64,000 nucleotides of DNA from an uncultured Candidatus Saccharibacteria bacterium (GTDB taxonomy: Bacteria; Patescibacteriota; Minisyncoccia; Phycocordibacterales; WO2-35-19), in assembly GCA_964589445.1 (NCBI GenBank), contig CAZPQX010000001.1, positions 110,098 to 174,097 of the forward strand. Direction: 5' to 3'. This document shows, piece after piece, positions 10,305 through 20,151 of this stretch (its first letter is position 1; each line of letters opens with the position of its first letter). The position numbers and the translations under genes were made by a program. The notes beneath the pieces were generated by a model that ran no database searches, was not told where the DNA came from, and saw only the letters and a list, made by a program, of their open reading frames with translations.

Positions 10305-10997
10305 CTACAAAAACTTAGAGAGAGCAACAATAGCTGCTGTCTCGGCGCGGAGAGTGAGTTTGCCTAGAGAATAAACTTGAGCACCGGCGTTTTTAAATTG
10401 CCCTATCTCCCCTTCCGACCAGCCGCCTTCGGGACCGATAAAAATAGATAATGGTTGAGAGTCAGCAGTAACAAGTGAGGAATCAAAATAAACGCCAGAA
10501 GAATCAAAAAACACAATATTTTTTGCCGTCTCCAATGCCTCATTTAAGCTCAAAATACTTCCGATCTCGGGGACATCGGCCCTACCGCACTGCTCGCTTG
10601 CTTCGATTATTATCTTTTCAAGTCTTTCTATATTTAAATCTTTCTTTTCACTTCTCTCTGAAAGCACTGGCACTATCTTGGAAACCCCGAGCTCAGTCGC
10701 TTTCTCGGCAATCCACTCCATTTTATCTTTTTTGACGAGCGACTGGTAAAGAGTAATTTTTTTCTCGGGAATAACCCCTTCTCTTTTTGAAATAACAGAC
10801 ACCTCGGCTTCCCTATTTGTCATTCTTTCCAAAACACAATCAAACTCATTTCGAGAGCCATCGAAGAGCACCACTTGCGAGCCGACATTGTATCTAAAAA
10901 CATTTCTCCATTGGTGAATAAGCCTTTCATCTGAAATGCAAAATTTGTCTCCCACAACCCTCTCTTTAATGAAAAATCTATGAAGCCTCATAATCAT
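10305..10997 (-). CDS. rsmE: 16S rRNA m3U1498 methyltransferase
   Basis: KATELGV, EASEQCGR, IGPEGG, LRAETA. Confidence 0.95.
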   Translation of the reverse strand: MIMRLHRFFIKERVVGDKFCISDERLIHQWRNVFRYNVGSQVVLFDGSRNEFDCVLERMTNREAEVSVISKREGVIPEKKITLYQSLVKKDKMEWIAEKATELGVSKIVPVLSERSEKKDLNIERLEKIIIEASEQCGRADVPEIGSILSLNEALETAKNIVFFDSSGVYFDSSLVTADSQPLSIFIGPEGGWSEGEIGQFKNAGAQVYSLGKLTLRAETAAIVALSKFL

Positions 10998-11069
10998 ATT
11001 TTCAAATAAAATAAATAAAAAGTAAATATATTGACAAATACAATATATTTATGTAAAATAAAAAATAGA

Positions 11070-11384
11070 ATGACTATCAACTTCACAATCAAAACCCGCC
11101 AAGGGATGGACTACTCCTTGGAATTTTCATCCGAGATTATTCCCACTGTAGGGAGCACTGTATGTTTCGGATGCGACACCGAGGGAGGCCCCAACGGATA
11201 CTACTTCAGGGTAGAAGAGGTCATATACTACCCCCTTAAGAGAGGCTCCCTAGCTTCCCTTAATCAGGGTAGTATGGCTATACAGGTAATACTCGAAAAC
11301 AATCATCAGAACCTGGGGAAACTTATCAGTCCAAAGAACTTACTCAACCCCGGAAAATGGGAGAAGAGACCTAGGGTGGCCTGA
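11070..11384 (+). CDS. Hypothetical protein (orphan)
   Basis: TTGACA...TAAAAT promoter upstream; GC hairpin terminator at 11411-11440. Confidence 0.6.
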   Translation: MTINFTIKTRQGMDYSLEFSSEIIPTVGSTVCFGCDTEGGPNGYYFRVEEVIYYPLKRGSLASLNQGSMAIQVILENNHQNLGKLISPKNLLNPGKWEKRPRVA

Positions 11385-11410
11385 TACGGTATTATCCTGT
11401 AATGATACCA

Positions 11411-11440
11411 AGGCCGGCGAGCAGTCGCCGGCCTTTTTTA
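11411..11440 (+). terminator. Intrinsic terminator
   Basis: aggccggcga-gcag-tcgccggcct followed by a T-tract. Confidence 0.8.
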
Positions 11441-11502
11441 TTTTGCAAAATATGCTATAATTATATGGTAAAAGCTTATCAAAAATTAATAAAAATACAC
11501 AT

Positions 11503-12078
11503 ATGAGCATACTTGTACCCACAGTTATAGAAAAAACACACCAAGGTGAGCGAGCTTACGATATTTACTCTCGCCTACTCAAAGAAAGGATAATATTCCT
11601 AGGCGGCCCAATAGAAGACAATATGGCCAACCTCATAGTTGCCCAGCTTCTATTTTTGCAAGCAGAAGATGCAAAGAAAGATATTTCTATCTATGTAAAT
11701 AGTCCCGGCGGCTCAGTCTCTTCTACTCTTGCGATTATAGATGCTATGAACCATATAAAGCCTGATGTTTCTACTGTTTGCGTTGGTATTGCAGCATCAG
11801 GTGCCGCACTCGTACTTTCTGCGGGAGCTAAAGGTAAAAGGTTTATACTTCCAAATGCAGAGGTTATGATCCACCAGCCACTTGGCGGTGCAGAAGGTCA
11901 AGCTACTGATATCGCCATCACAGCAAAACACATACTCAAAACAAAAGACTCACTAAACAAAATGTTGGCTGCCAATACAGGCCAGCCCCTCTCCAAGATA
12001 GAAACAGATGTGGAAAGAGACTTCTTTATGGATAGCCAAGAGGCCAAAAAGTACGGGATAATAGACAAAATAATCTAA
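11503..12078 (+). CDS. clpP: ATP-dependent Clp protease proteolytic subunit
   Basis: [29 protein letters not shown]. Confidence 0.97.
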   Translation: MSILVPTVIEKTHQGERAYDIYSRLLKERIIFLGGPIEDNMANLIVAQLLFLQAEDAKKDISIYVNSPGGSVSSTLAIIDAMNHIKPDVSTVCVGIAASGAALVLSAGAKGKRFILPNAEVMIHQPLGGAEGQATDIAITAKHILKTKDSLNKMLAANTGQPLSKIETDVERDFFMDSQEAKKYGIIDKII

Positions 12079-12097
12079 AATACACACAAAAATAGAT

Positions 12098-12130
12098 GCA
12101 AAAAGGCTGCCAAAGGGCGGCTTTTTTGTA
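12098..12130 (+). terminator. Intrinsic terminator after clpP
   Basis: aaaaaggctgcc-aaag-ggcggctttttt. Confidence 0.75.
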
Positions 12131-12221
12131 TTTGCCCTTCTTCAAGAAGTTTTGTATAATGCTTTCATTAACATTTAATAAATAGTATTTACAGTGACGA
12201 CAGATACTTACAACGAAACAT

Positions 12222-13751
12222 ATGTCATTAAAATTAGCGATACTGCTTGCAGGCTTCGCTTCTTTGATTGGTGTGGCATTCGGTTACTTCCTAAGGTGGA
12301 TAATATCACTCGGGCAGAAGGGATCGATGGAGCTCCGCATAAAGCAGATGGAGCTTCACGCCAAAGAAGAAGCTAAAAAAATAATCGAAGAGGCAGAAAA
12401 AAGGGCTGAAGAAACAGCCAAAGAACAGAGACAAGAATTCAAGGAGAGAGAAGAAAAAATAAAGAAAACAGAAGATAGACTGATAAAAAAAGAGGAGTTT
12501 CTAGACAAAAGACAAGTCGATATAGATAAAGAAATCGAGCAAGTCAAAGAAAGAGTAGTAGAAGTAAAGGCAATAAAAGAAAAGGCCGAAACAATCGAAA
12601 AAAAGAGAGCTGAAGAGCTTGAAAGAGTGGCTGGTATGAGCCAGGAAGACGCCAAAAACCTTTTGCTCAAAGAGGTGGAGAAAAAGTGTGAGGAAGATTT
12701 GATAGTAAAACTAAAGAAACTCGAAACTACTGGTATAGAAAAAATAGAGTCAAAGGCAAAAGAAATACTTACTACTTCTATCCAAAGGTTCGCCAATTCT
12801 GTTTCAGCAGAAGTGTTTTCAACTACAGTTGCTATCCCCTCTGATGAGATAAAGGGTAAAATCATAGGAAAAGAAGGTAGGAACATAAAAGCGTTTGAGA
12901 GAGTTTCTGGTGTTGAAGTGATAGTGGATGACACCCCAGGTCTTATCACCATATCTTCTTATGACCCGGTGAGGAGGCAGATAGCGAGAGTGGCGCTCGA
13001 AAACCTTATCCAAGACGGCAGGATCCAACCGGCAAAGATCGAAGAAATGGTTGATAAGGCAAAGCAAGAGATAAATAAAATAATGAAAGAGAAGGGTGAG
13101 CAGGCTGTTTATGAGTGCGGCGTATTCAACCTCGACCCAAGGATCATCGCCATCCTCGGCAGACTATACTTCAGGACTTCGTATGGTCAAAATGTCCTCC
13201 AGCACTCAGTTGAGATGGCACATGTAGCCGGTATGATAGCCACCGAAGTCGGAGCAAATGTCGCCATTGCAAAAGCCGGCGCCCTCCTCCACGACATAGG
13301 CAAAGCAGTCGACCATGAAATCACAGGTACTCATGTAGAAATAGGAAGGAGGATACTCCAAAAATTTGGCGCTGACGAAAGGATCATACGCGCTATGGAA
13401 GCTCACCACGGTGAATACCCTTACACCACTCTCGAGTCTTATATCGTACAGACTGCCGACGCAATATCAGGAGCAAGACCTGGAGCTAGAAGAGACAGTG
13501 TAGAAAACTACCTCAAGAGGCTTGCAGAGCTCGAAGGTATTGCTACTTCTTTCAACGGAGTAGATAAGGCTTATGCATTACAAGCCGGAAGAGAAGTAAG
13601 AGTGTTTGTCACCCCTTCACAAGTAACCGACCTAGAAGCCAAAAACATGGCTCGAGACATAGCTATAAGGATAGAAAACGAACTCAAATATCCAGGAGAA
13701 ATCAAAATACTCGTCATCCGCGAATCCCGCACAATCGAATTTGCGAGGTAA
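12222..13751 (+). CDS. rny: Ribonuclease Y
   Basis: N-terminal TM, coiled coil, KH (KGKIIGKEGRNI), HD (LLHDIGK), ADAISGARPGARR. Confidence 0.97.
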   Translation: MSLKLAILLAGFASLIGVAFGYFLRWIISLGQKGSMELRIKQMELHAKEEAKKIIEEAEKRAEETAKEQRQEFKEREEKIKKTEDRLIKKEEFLDKRQVDIDKEIEQVKERVVEVKAIKEKAETIEKKRAEELERVAGMSQEDAKNLLLKEVEKKCEEDLIVKLKKLETTGIEKIESKAKEILTTSIQRFANSVSAEVFSTTVAIPSDEIKGKIIGKEGRNIKAFERVSGVEVIVDDTPGLITISSYDPVRRQIARVALENLIQDGRIQPAKIEEMVDKAKQEINKIMKEKGEQAVYECGVFNLDPRIIAILGRLYFRTSYGQNVLQHSVEMAHVAGMIATEVGANVAIAKAGALLHDIGKAVDHEITGTHVEIGRRILQKFGADERIIRAMEAHHGEYPYTTLESYIVQTADAISGARPGARRDSVENYLKRLAELEGIATSFNGVDKAYALQAGREVRVFVTPSQVTDLEAKNMARDIAIRIENELKYPGEIKILVIRESRTIEFAR

Positions 13752-13799
13752 ATCACACTTCTAAAAATTTCCATTTTTCATCATGATATAATGAAGTTT

Positions 13800-13997
13800 A
13801 TGGTAAGGTTATCTGAAGTACAGATAGAAAAAACTTCTTCTTACTTGATTGATTTATCCAAACTCTTATTTGGTGCAACTGTTGTTCCAGTTTTTGTTCC
13901 AGGAAGTATTTTTAATGTTTGGTTTTTTATAGCTGGAGCAGGTGTAGCAGTATTCTTTTTTGGTTTCGGATTGTCACTAACAAAACAAAAAATATGA
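13800..13997 (+). CDS. Small two-TM membrane protein
   Basis: 65 aa, YLIDLSKLLFG motif and two hydrophobic helices; TATAAT 7 nt before the ATG. Confidence 0.65.
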   Translation: MVRLSEVQIEKTSSYLIDLSKLLFGATVVPVFVPGSIFNVWFFIAGAGVAVFFFGFGLSLTKQKI

Positions 13998-14089
13998 GTC
14001 CCTCAGAATATTTACAAATTTTCTTTATTATTATGGGAATTTTTGGTATAATAATATACGTTATAGCAAAGAATAGTAGGCAAAAATAA
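13994..14089 (+). CDS. 31-aa single-TM peptide
   Basis: ATGA overlap with the previous gene; MSPSEYLQIFFIIMGIFGIIIYVIAKNSRQK (hand-translated). Confidence 0.55.
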   Translation: MSPSEYLQIFFIIMGIFGIIIYVIAKNSRQK

Positions 14090-14090
14090 T

Positions 14091-14189
14091 ATGACAAATA
14101 TAATATTAAACATATTGACTGTGGCAGTGATATCAACAATGGCTTACTTGCTTTTCTTCTACCACCCAGAAAAAGAAGGTGGTAAATAA
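14091..14189 (+). CDS. 32-aa single-TM peptide
   Basis: MTNIILNILTVAVISTMAYLLFFYHPEKEGGK; TAA-T-ATG coupling; paralog of the next ORF. Confidence 0.6.
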   Translation: MTNIILNILTVAVISTMAYLLFFYHPEKEGGK

Positions 14190-14190
14190 T

Positions 14191-14292
14191 ATGGACAACA
14201 TACTCTTAAATATCTTCTCTGCGACAGTCGTCGCTATAATGGTTTATTTAGCCTTTTTCGACAATTCCGAAAAATGTCGTAACCACAAATAA
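14191..14292 (+). CDS. 33-aa single-TM peptide
   Basis: MDNILLNIFSATVVAIMVYLAFFDNSEKCRNHK; TAA-T-ATG coupling; paralog of the previous ORF. Confidence 0.6.
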   Translation: MDNILLNIFSATVVAIMVYLAFFDNSEKCRNHK

Positions 14293-14296
14293 TACT

Positions 14297-15697
14297 CTAT
14301 ACCAATTTATATTCCTTGTTTGGCTCAGGATATATTGATTCGACACCTACATAGTCGTGGAGTCGCTGGCAAAGGAAGAGTGAGGAGTGCGGCTCGCCCA
14401 TTATTACAAAAACTTTTTTAAGTTTGGTTTCTGAAGATTTATTTACTATTTGATCTACAAAATCAACCAAGTTGTCAGAATCTTTGTGCGAGGAATACCC
14501 CGATATCTTTTTTATTTTGGCTCTTACTTCTATCCTCTCTTTGCCGTTTTCTTTATTACCATCAGCTTCAATAAATACATGACTCTCCCCCTCTTCGAGC
14601 CTCTTGCCCAAAGACCCACTCGACTGATAACCAGCAAGCAAAATAGTAGAATTGGGGTCGCCAAGATAAAAGGCTTCGTGACTCAGCACCCTTCCACCCT
14701 CTGACATACCAGAGCCGGCTATGATTATTTTAGGGCCTTCTGTCTTTTTTATAGCGTCCGACTCTCTTATGTTTGAAATAAGTTTCAAACCTTTAAATTC
14801 AAAAATATCATCACCACCCTCTATTTCACTTTTTATAGAATCATTAAAATCTTTATTGTATTTTGAATATATTTTTAATACCTTGAGTCCTAGGGGTGAA
14901 TCAAGGAAAACAGGTAAAGGGGTGACTTCTCCATCTTCTATCATGTTATTTATCTCATAAAGCAAAACTTCCGTCCTCTCTATCGAAAATGCAGGGATGA
15001 CAAGTGCCCCTCCCCTTTTTTGAATATCAATTATAGCTTCTTTGAGCTCCTCCCTTCTATTTTCTCTGCCCTCATGATTCCTATCTCCATACACACTCTC
15101 CATAACCATATAATCTATATTCTCGGGTATTTCAGTATCTTTAAGCAAAGGAGAAGGTGAGTTGCCAAGGTCCCCAGTAAAAGCAAGTCTCCTAACACCT
15201 TCTTTTGTTTCTAAAGAAACCACGACAATAGATGATCCGAGTATATGCCCAGCATCAACCATCTCTACCTCTACCCCATCAAAAAGTTTTATTTTCTTGT
15301 GATAATCAAAACCTTCCCAAAGTGCAAAACTGTTTTCTATATCTTGCTTACCGAAGAGTTCTTTATGATGACGCTGCTTCAAGACCCTCATTTCGTCCTC
15401 AAGCATAGGCAAAGAAAGCTCTTTTGTTTCTTTTGTAGAAATTATCCTTCCGTTAAATCCCTCCCTTACTAGCTTTGGTATGCGGCCAATATGATCCATG
15501 TGAGCATGAGTGACCAGAAGAAAGTCTATAGAAGCAGGATCGTAAACAAAGTTTTTAAAATTTTCTTCCTCCTCTTTTCTGCCCCCTTGTTTCAGGCCGG
15601 CATCTACAAGTATTTTTTTTCCTCTAAACTCGAGGCAAATATTTGCCCCTGTAGCCGAACCTACCCCACCATAAAAACTTAAATTAAAATCTTCCAT
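14297..15697 (-). CDS. MBL-fold beta-CASP nuclease (YSH1-like)
   Basis: THAHMDHIGR, AGHILGS, FTGDLG, MESVYG, GYSSH. Confidence 0.92.
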   Translation of the reverse strand: MEDFNLSFYGGVGSATGANICLEFRGKKILVDAGLKQGGRKEEEENFKNFVYDPASIDFLLVTHAHMDHIGRIPKLVREGFNGRIISTKETKELSLPMLEDEMRVLKQRHHKELFGKQDIENSFALWEGFDYHKKIKLFDGVEVEMVDAGHILGSSIVVVSLETKEGVRRLAFTGDLGNSPSPLLKDTEIPENIDYMVMESVYGDRNHEGRENRREELKEAIIDIQKRGGALVIPAFSIERTEVLLYEINNMIEDGEVTPLPVFLDSPLGLKVLKIYSKYNKDFNDSIKSEIEGGDDIFEFKGLKLISNIRESDAIKKTEGPKIIIAGSGMSEGGRVLSHEAFYLGDPNSTILLAGYQSSGSLGKRLEEGESHVFIEADGNKENGKERIEVRAKIKKISGYSSHKDSDNLVDFVDQIVNKSSETKLKKVFVIMGEPHSSLFLCQRLHDYVGVESIYPEPNKEYKLV

Positions 15698-16124
15698 CTG
15701 CTATTTTAGTTAACTCTTTTTTAATGGAGTCAATTTCTTTTATAAACCCATACATACATGCAGTGAGACCCCCCAAAGAGTCCATTATGAAATCAAGGGT
15801 TGTGTCATACGCATAATTGTCTCCAGCAAAAACAGCTTCTCCTATCAAAAGCTCATAAATCTCCCAAGACACAGCTATAAATGCCATACCCACAAAAGAA
15901 ATAAAGAAAAATTGTTTGAATCCTCTTTTTTCTGGTTTGAAGTATCCTGAAAAAAAGTAAAACCATATAAAAAACAGACCAGCAAAAGCTCCGCCAAAAA
16001 AATGTACCAGGCTATCAAACTCATTTACGCTCCAATAAAGACTTCTATCTATGGCTATTTCATTTAATAAAAAAGTACAAAAAAGTACAAAAAATGTTTC
16101 GAAAAAAAGTGTGGTTTTTAACAT
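15684..16124 (-). CDS. Hypothetical membrane protein (VanZ/DUF2238-like)
   Basis: DSLVHF, WEIYE and DT..D motifs in TM helices; start reassigned to MLKTT. Confidence 0.7.
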   Translation of the reverse strand: MLKTTLFFETFFVLFCTFLLNEIAIDRSLYWSVNEFDSLVHFFGGAFAGLFFIWFYFFSGYFKPEKRGFKQFFFISFVGMAFIAVSWEIYELLIGEAVFAGDNYAYDTTLDFIMDSLGGLTACMYGFIKEIDSIKKELTKIADGRF

Positions 16125-16138
16125 CAAAATAATTTTAA

Positions 16139-16169
16139 CACAAAATCCGTCTTGCGACGGAATCTTGTG
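16139..16169 (-). terminator. Hairpin terminating the 6S-like RNA
   Basis: cacaagattccgtc-gcaa-gacggattttgtg. Confidence 0.6.
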
Positions 16170-16299
16170 TAGGACCACCAGAGTATAATTCCTAATTGCT
16201 TGCAATCAGGTGGGTGGCCTCGACTCTATCCCGTAATGGTTTAGAGAAAGTTAGCCTCCCAAAATATTTTCAAGTTAGAAAATATATCCAGCAGTCCTG
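16170..16299 (-). ncRNA. ssrS: Probable 6S RNA (compact)
   Basis: TATAAT at 16310-16305; 5' aggactgctggatata pairs with 3' tatactctggtggtcct; central bubble; GGCCACCCACCTG motif recalled from 6S RNAs; followed by a terminator. Confidence 0.55.
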
Positions 16300-16357
16300 T
16301 ACTTATTATAGTAAAGTACCAGAAGTTATGAAGTTTACAAGCACGTTTAAGTGTTTC

Positions 16358-16960
16358 TTATTCTAAGATACCGTCTAGGTTTACATCATACATTATTTGC
16401 TCCTGTACAAGACGGTAATTCATAAGCTCATTTTCATCAAACCAGTGTTTTATCTCGTTGTTTGCCTCATCTACCGAACCTGAAGCGTGTACTAAGTTTC
16501 TAACCGATCTATTGTCCATGTCTGACATTTGGTAAGAATCAAGCACAAAGTCACCCCTGATAGTACCTGTATCGGTAGAAAGAGGCTCTGTACCTCCTGT
16601 TATTTTTCTTACGATTTTGACAGCGTGAGCCCCTTGCCAAACCATGGCAAATACTGGGCCACTAGTCATATATTTCTTTAGATTCTCCAGGATCCTTGCT
16701 GTGATCTCAAGAGGGTCGTTTGAAGGCGGCTCCATGCCCTTATCTTTATAGCTCTTTATTGTTTTCTCTCCTGTCACTCTCCTCCATTCTGGATCAAGAG
16801 TATAGTGCTTTTCTATAAAATCAGCAGTGGGTACAAGCATTTTTACACCCACGAGTTTCAAACCAACTCTTTCGTATCTTTTTATTATCTCGCCTACGAG
16901 AGACCTCTGGATACCGTCTGGCTTTATAACAACTAAAGTTTTTTCTGTTTTTGGATGCAT
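16358..16960 (-). CDS. ndk: Nucleoside diphosphate kinase
   Basis: IKPDG, GTIRGDF, NLVHASGS. Confidence 0.95.
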   Translation of the reverse strand: MHPKTEKTLVVIKPDGIQRSLVGEIIKRYERVGLKLVGVKMLVPTADFIEKHYTLDPEWRRVTGEKTIKSYKDKGMEPPSNDPLEITARILENLKKYMTSGPVFAMVWQGAHAVKIVRKITGGTEPLSTDTGTIRGDFVLDSYQMSDMDNRSVRNLVHASGSVDEANNEIKHWFDENELMNYRLVQEQIMYDVNLDGILE

Positions 16961-17016
16961 GTTAAAAAATTAATTTAATATTAATAAAATTTAATCCTAT
17001 TAAATTAGATGTCAAA

Positions 17017-17781
17017 CTAAATCTTGGTCAATACCTCGATACCATCTTTGGTCACAGCCACTGTGTGCTCGAAGTGTGCAGAAAGAGACTTGTCTTTGGT
17101 GACAAAAGTATAACCATCTTTCATACGTTTAATATTGCGACTACCCAAACTAAACATAGGCTCTATAGCTATCACAAGTCCCGGCACAAGTTCAGGACCT
17201 TCGCCTCTCTCAGCTCTATTTGGCACATATGGCTCCTCATGCACATCGTACCCTACACCATGGCCCGAAAGTCCCTCTATAATCCCCATGTCGTGTTTTA
17301 CAGCTGCCTGCATCACAGCGTCCCCTATGTCGCCTATATGCCCACCCACCCTCATGGCTCTTATAGCCCTATCAAGAGCGTCACTTGTAGCGCTTATAAG
17401 TTTTTCCGCTTCTTCACTTATTTTTCCTACTGGCACAGTGATGGCTGCATCGGTGATAAGACCTTTATAGGTGACCCCGAGGTCGAGTGTGACTATGTCG
17501 CCTTCAAAAAGCATATTTTCACTCGGTATACCATGTACAATTTCTTCGTTTATAGAAACACAGAGAGAGGCAGGGTAAGGCCTCTTGGCATCGTATGGTT
17601 GGTAGCCAAGGAAAGAGCCTGTGCAACCTGCTTCATCCAAAAGATGCTCAGCATAATCATTGAGTTCTTGTGTCTTGACTCCAGGGGCAACTTTTTTAGC
17701 TACTTCTTTAAGTATTTTGGCATGAATCCTGCCACCCTCTTTCATTATTTCGATCTCCTCGTCTGTCTTGTATTTGATCAT
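17017..17781 (-). CDS. map: Methionine aminopeptidase type I
   Basis: SINEEIVHGIP, GHGVG..VHEEP, IEPM, SAHFEHT. Confidence 0.97.
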   Translation of the reverse strand: MIKYKTDEEIEIMKEGGRIHAKILKEVAKKVAPGVKTQELNDYAEHLLDEAGCTGSFLGYQPYDAKRPYPASLCVSINEEIVHGIPSENMLFEGDIVTLDLGVTYKGLITDAAITVPVGKISEEAEKLISATSDALDRAIRAMRVGGHIGDIGDAVMQAAVKHDMGIIEGLSGHGVGYDVHEEPYVPNRAERGEGPELVPGLVIAIEPMFSLGSRNIKRMKDGYTFVTKDKSLSAHFEHTVAVTKDGIEVLTKI

Positions 17782-17798
17782 TATCTAATTATAGGATT

Positions 17799-18392
17799 TT
17801 ATTCACCGATTGTCGCTTGTAGAATTTGCTTGTGCACGTCTTCTATTGCACCAGAACCGTCTATAGAAATAAATTTATAGTTTGGATTGTCTCTAAAGTA
17901 ATTTATAGCAGGGACCACATTTTCCTTGTACCACTTAAGGCGCGCCTCTATGTCTATCTTGTTGTCATCGCTCCTTCCTCTATTCCTGAGCCTCTCTGAA
18001 GCTACCTCATCAGACAACTCTATGGAAATAACGACAGGTTTTTTTCTACCATAAAACTTCATAGCTGAATCGAGTATAGGAGCCTCATGAGCCCTTCTTG
18101 AAAGACCGTCTAGCACTATATGCTCATTTCCTGAAACATGCCTTACGAAGTATTCTGTCCAAATCCATATAGGCAAAAATTCTGGGAGCAAGCCTCCTTC
18201 ATCTATAATCCTTTTTGTCTCGTGAGCAGTAAAGGAAGATTCGGTAGTAAAGTCTCTAAACTTCTGCCCTGTCTCTATGTAGAGGACTTTGGTCGCTCTG
18301 TCCCTCTCCTTCAATTTTTCTATGAGCATCTTGGCCTGAGTACCTTTACCGCATCCTGATGGTCCAAAAAATATGAAGGTTTGTTTGTCCAT
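17799..18392 (-). CDS. adk: Adenylate kinase family (short LID)
   Basis: GPSGCGKGTQ, LDG, RGRSDD; between secY and map. Confidence 0.88.
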   Translation of the reverse strand: MDKQTFIFFGPSGCGKGTQAKMLIEKLKERDRATKVLYIETGQKFRDFTTESSFTAHETKRIIDEGGLLPEFLPIWIWTEYFVRHVSGNEHIVLDGLSRRAHEAPILDSAMKFYGRKKPVVISIELSDEVASERLRNRGRSDDNKIDIEARLKWYKENVVPAINYFRDNPNYKFISIDGSGAIEDVHKQILQATIGE

Positions 18393-18409
18393 TTTTATAT
18401 TATTTTATT

Positions 18410-19681
18410 TTAATATTCTCTTGCAGAGACTTGAGTGTCTATTTTTTTAACTAAATCAATAACAACTGAAACTACAATAAGTATACCAGTTCCTCCGATA
18501 GCTACAGCGCTTATGCCTGTGAGTGCTCCTATAGCTATAGGTAATACTGCTATAGCACCAAGGAACAAAGCACCTACCATTGTAAGTCTGAAAAGTATAT
18601 TTGATATGTAGCTTGAAGTAGAGCTACCAGGTCTCACCCCTGGTATAAAGGCGCCACTTCTCTGCAAATTTTTAGATATACTGTCTGGATCAAAAGTAAC
18701 TGCTGTGTAAAAGTAAGTAAAGATAAATACGAGTAGGAAATATAGTGACCCGTAAAATGCCTTATTAGTAAGTAGAGCCAAAGCTGAAGTAGCAAAGGAG
18801 CTAATACTTTGATTTGTTACGTTTACCAAGAATCCCAAGATCATCTGAGGGAAAGTGATTATAGAAATCGCAAATATGAGAGGTATCACTCCTGACTGAT
18901 TAACCTTCAAAGGAAGGTAAGTAGAAACGCCACCATAAACTTTGTTACCTCTCACCTGCTTTGCATAAGTTACTGGTATTGGCCTCTCTGCTTCGTTGAT
19001 AACTACCACACCCCAAACAACAATAGCAGTGACTATGGCGAATCCAATATAAGATGGGAGTTGCGCTGGATCAAAAGCAAGCAAGAGTCTACTTACAGCA
19101 CCAGGAAGGGCTGACACAATACCTGCGAAAATTATAAGAGAAAGACCATTACCAAGACCAAATTCAGTGATAAGTTCACCTATCCACATGATAAGCATAG
19201 AGCCAGCTGCTATGATTATCAGGTTTGTCAAAAGTTCAAAAGGAGCAAGTGGAGCCAAAACCCCCTGATTTTGCAAAAGTGCCATAAAAGAATAACCTTG
19301 TATAAAAGCTAGAGGCACTGTAAGGAGTCTCGAGTATTGAGAAAATTTGCGTCTACCCATTTCCCCTTCCTCTTGGTACATCTCTTTAAGACGAGGCCAC
19401 ATCACAGTAAGAAGCTGCATTATGATAGAAGCTGTGATACTTGGAGAAACTCCGAGCATGACAATAGAGAGGTTTGAAAGACCTCCTCCAGAAAATATAT
19501 TTAGAAGACCAAAAAAGTCATTACCAGAAACAAACTGTTCAAGCCTCATGGTATCTATACCTGGTATAGGGATCACCGCCAAAAACCTAAAGACAATAAG
19601 AAGAACTGCTGTAAAAAATATCCTCTTCATTAAAACAGCATCCTCGATAACAAGCCTAATTTTATGCATGAAGCCGTTCAT
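18410..19681 (-). CDS. secY: Preprotein translocase SecY
   Basis: ITASIIMQLL, GNGLSLIIF, GVIPLIFA, IPGVRPG. Confidence 0.97.
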   Translation of the reverse strand: MNGFMHKIRLVIEDAVLMKRIFFTAVLLIVFRFLAVIPIPGIDTMRLEQFVSGNDFFGLLNIFSGGGLSNLSIVMLGVSPSITASIIMQLLTVMWPRLKEMYQEEGEMGRRKFSQYSRLLTVPLAFIQGYSFMALLQNQGVLAPLAPFELLTNLIIIAAGSMLIMWIGELITEFGLGNGLSLIIFAGIVSALPGAVSRLLLAFDPAQLPSYIGFAIVTAIVVWGVVVINEAERPIPVTYAKQVRGNKVYGGVSTYLPLKVNQSGVIPLIFAISIITFPQMILGFLVNVTNQSISSFATSALALLTNKAFYGSLYFLLVFIFTYFYTAVTFDPDSISKNLQRSGAFIPGVRPGSSTSSYISNILFRLTMVGALFLGAIAVLPIAIGALTGISAVAIGGTGILIVVSVVIDLVKKIDTQVSAREY

Positions 19682-19706
19682 TTTTTAATTTTTATTCCTG
19701 ACTAAA

Positions 19707-20150
19707 TTAAACTACAACCTTACCACCAACAGATTCTACTATCTTCTTTGCACCTTCTGAAATCTTAAGACCTTCTATATTTAGTGATTTTGTAAGCTCT
19801 CCTGAACCTAGTATTTTTACTTTAGGAAACTTACCGCTAATCTTGCTTATTACCCCCTTCTCAAGAAGAGAATTTAGATTTATTGTATCACCTTTAGAAA
19901 AGGATGCCTCGAGTACCGAAAGGTTGATCGCTGCAAATTCTGCGTTTCTTGTTTTAAGAGAATTTTTACCTCTTCCGCGAAGCTTAGGAAGCTTCTTGAT
20001 TATATCTCTCATCTCAGGTCTCTTTTTCCTTCCTGATCTTGCGTTCTGTCCTTTAGTACCCTTACCAGATGTTTTACCACGTTTACCACCACGCCCAACT
20101 CTAATAGGATTTCTGTTGCCTTTATTCTTTTTTAAATTATGAACCTGCAT
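19707..20150 (-). CDS. rplO: 50S ribosomal protein L15
   Basis: RVGRGGKRGKTSGKGTKGQNAR. Confidence 0.96.
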   Translation of the reverse strand: MQVHNLKKNKGNRNPIRVGRGGKRGKTSGKGTKGQNARSGRKKRPEMRDIIKKLPKLRGRGKNSLKTRNAEFAAINLSVLEASFSKGDTINLNSLLEKGVISKISGKFPKVKILGSGELTKSLNIEGLKISEGAKKIVESVGGKVVV

Positions 20151-20151
20151 T

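Noticed and set aside
16125-16205. N-terminal extension of the ORF at 15684
   Set aside because: It overlaps the 6S-like RNA and its terminator; the ATG at 16124 has its own -10 box.
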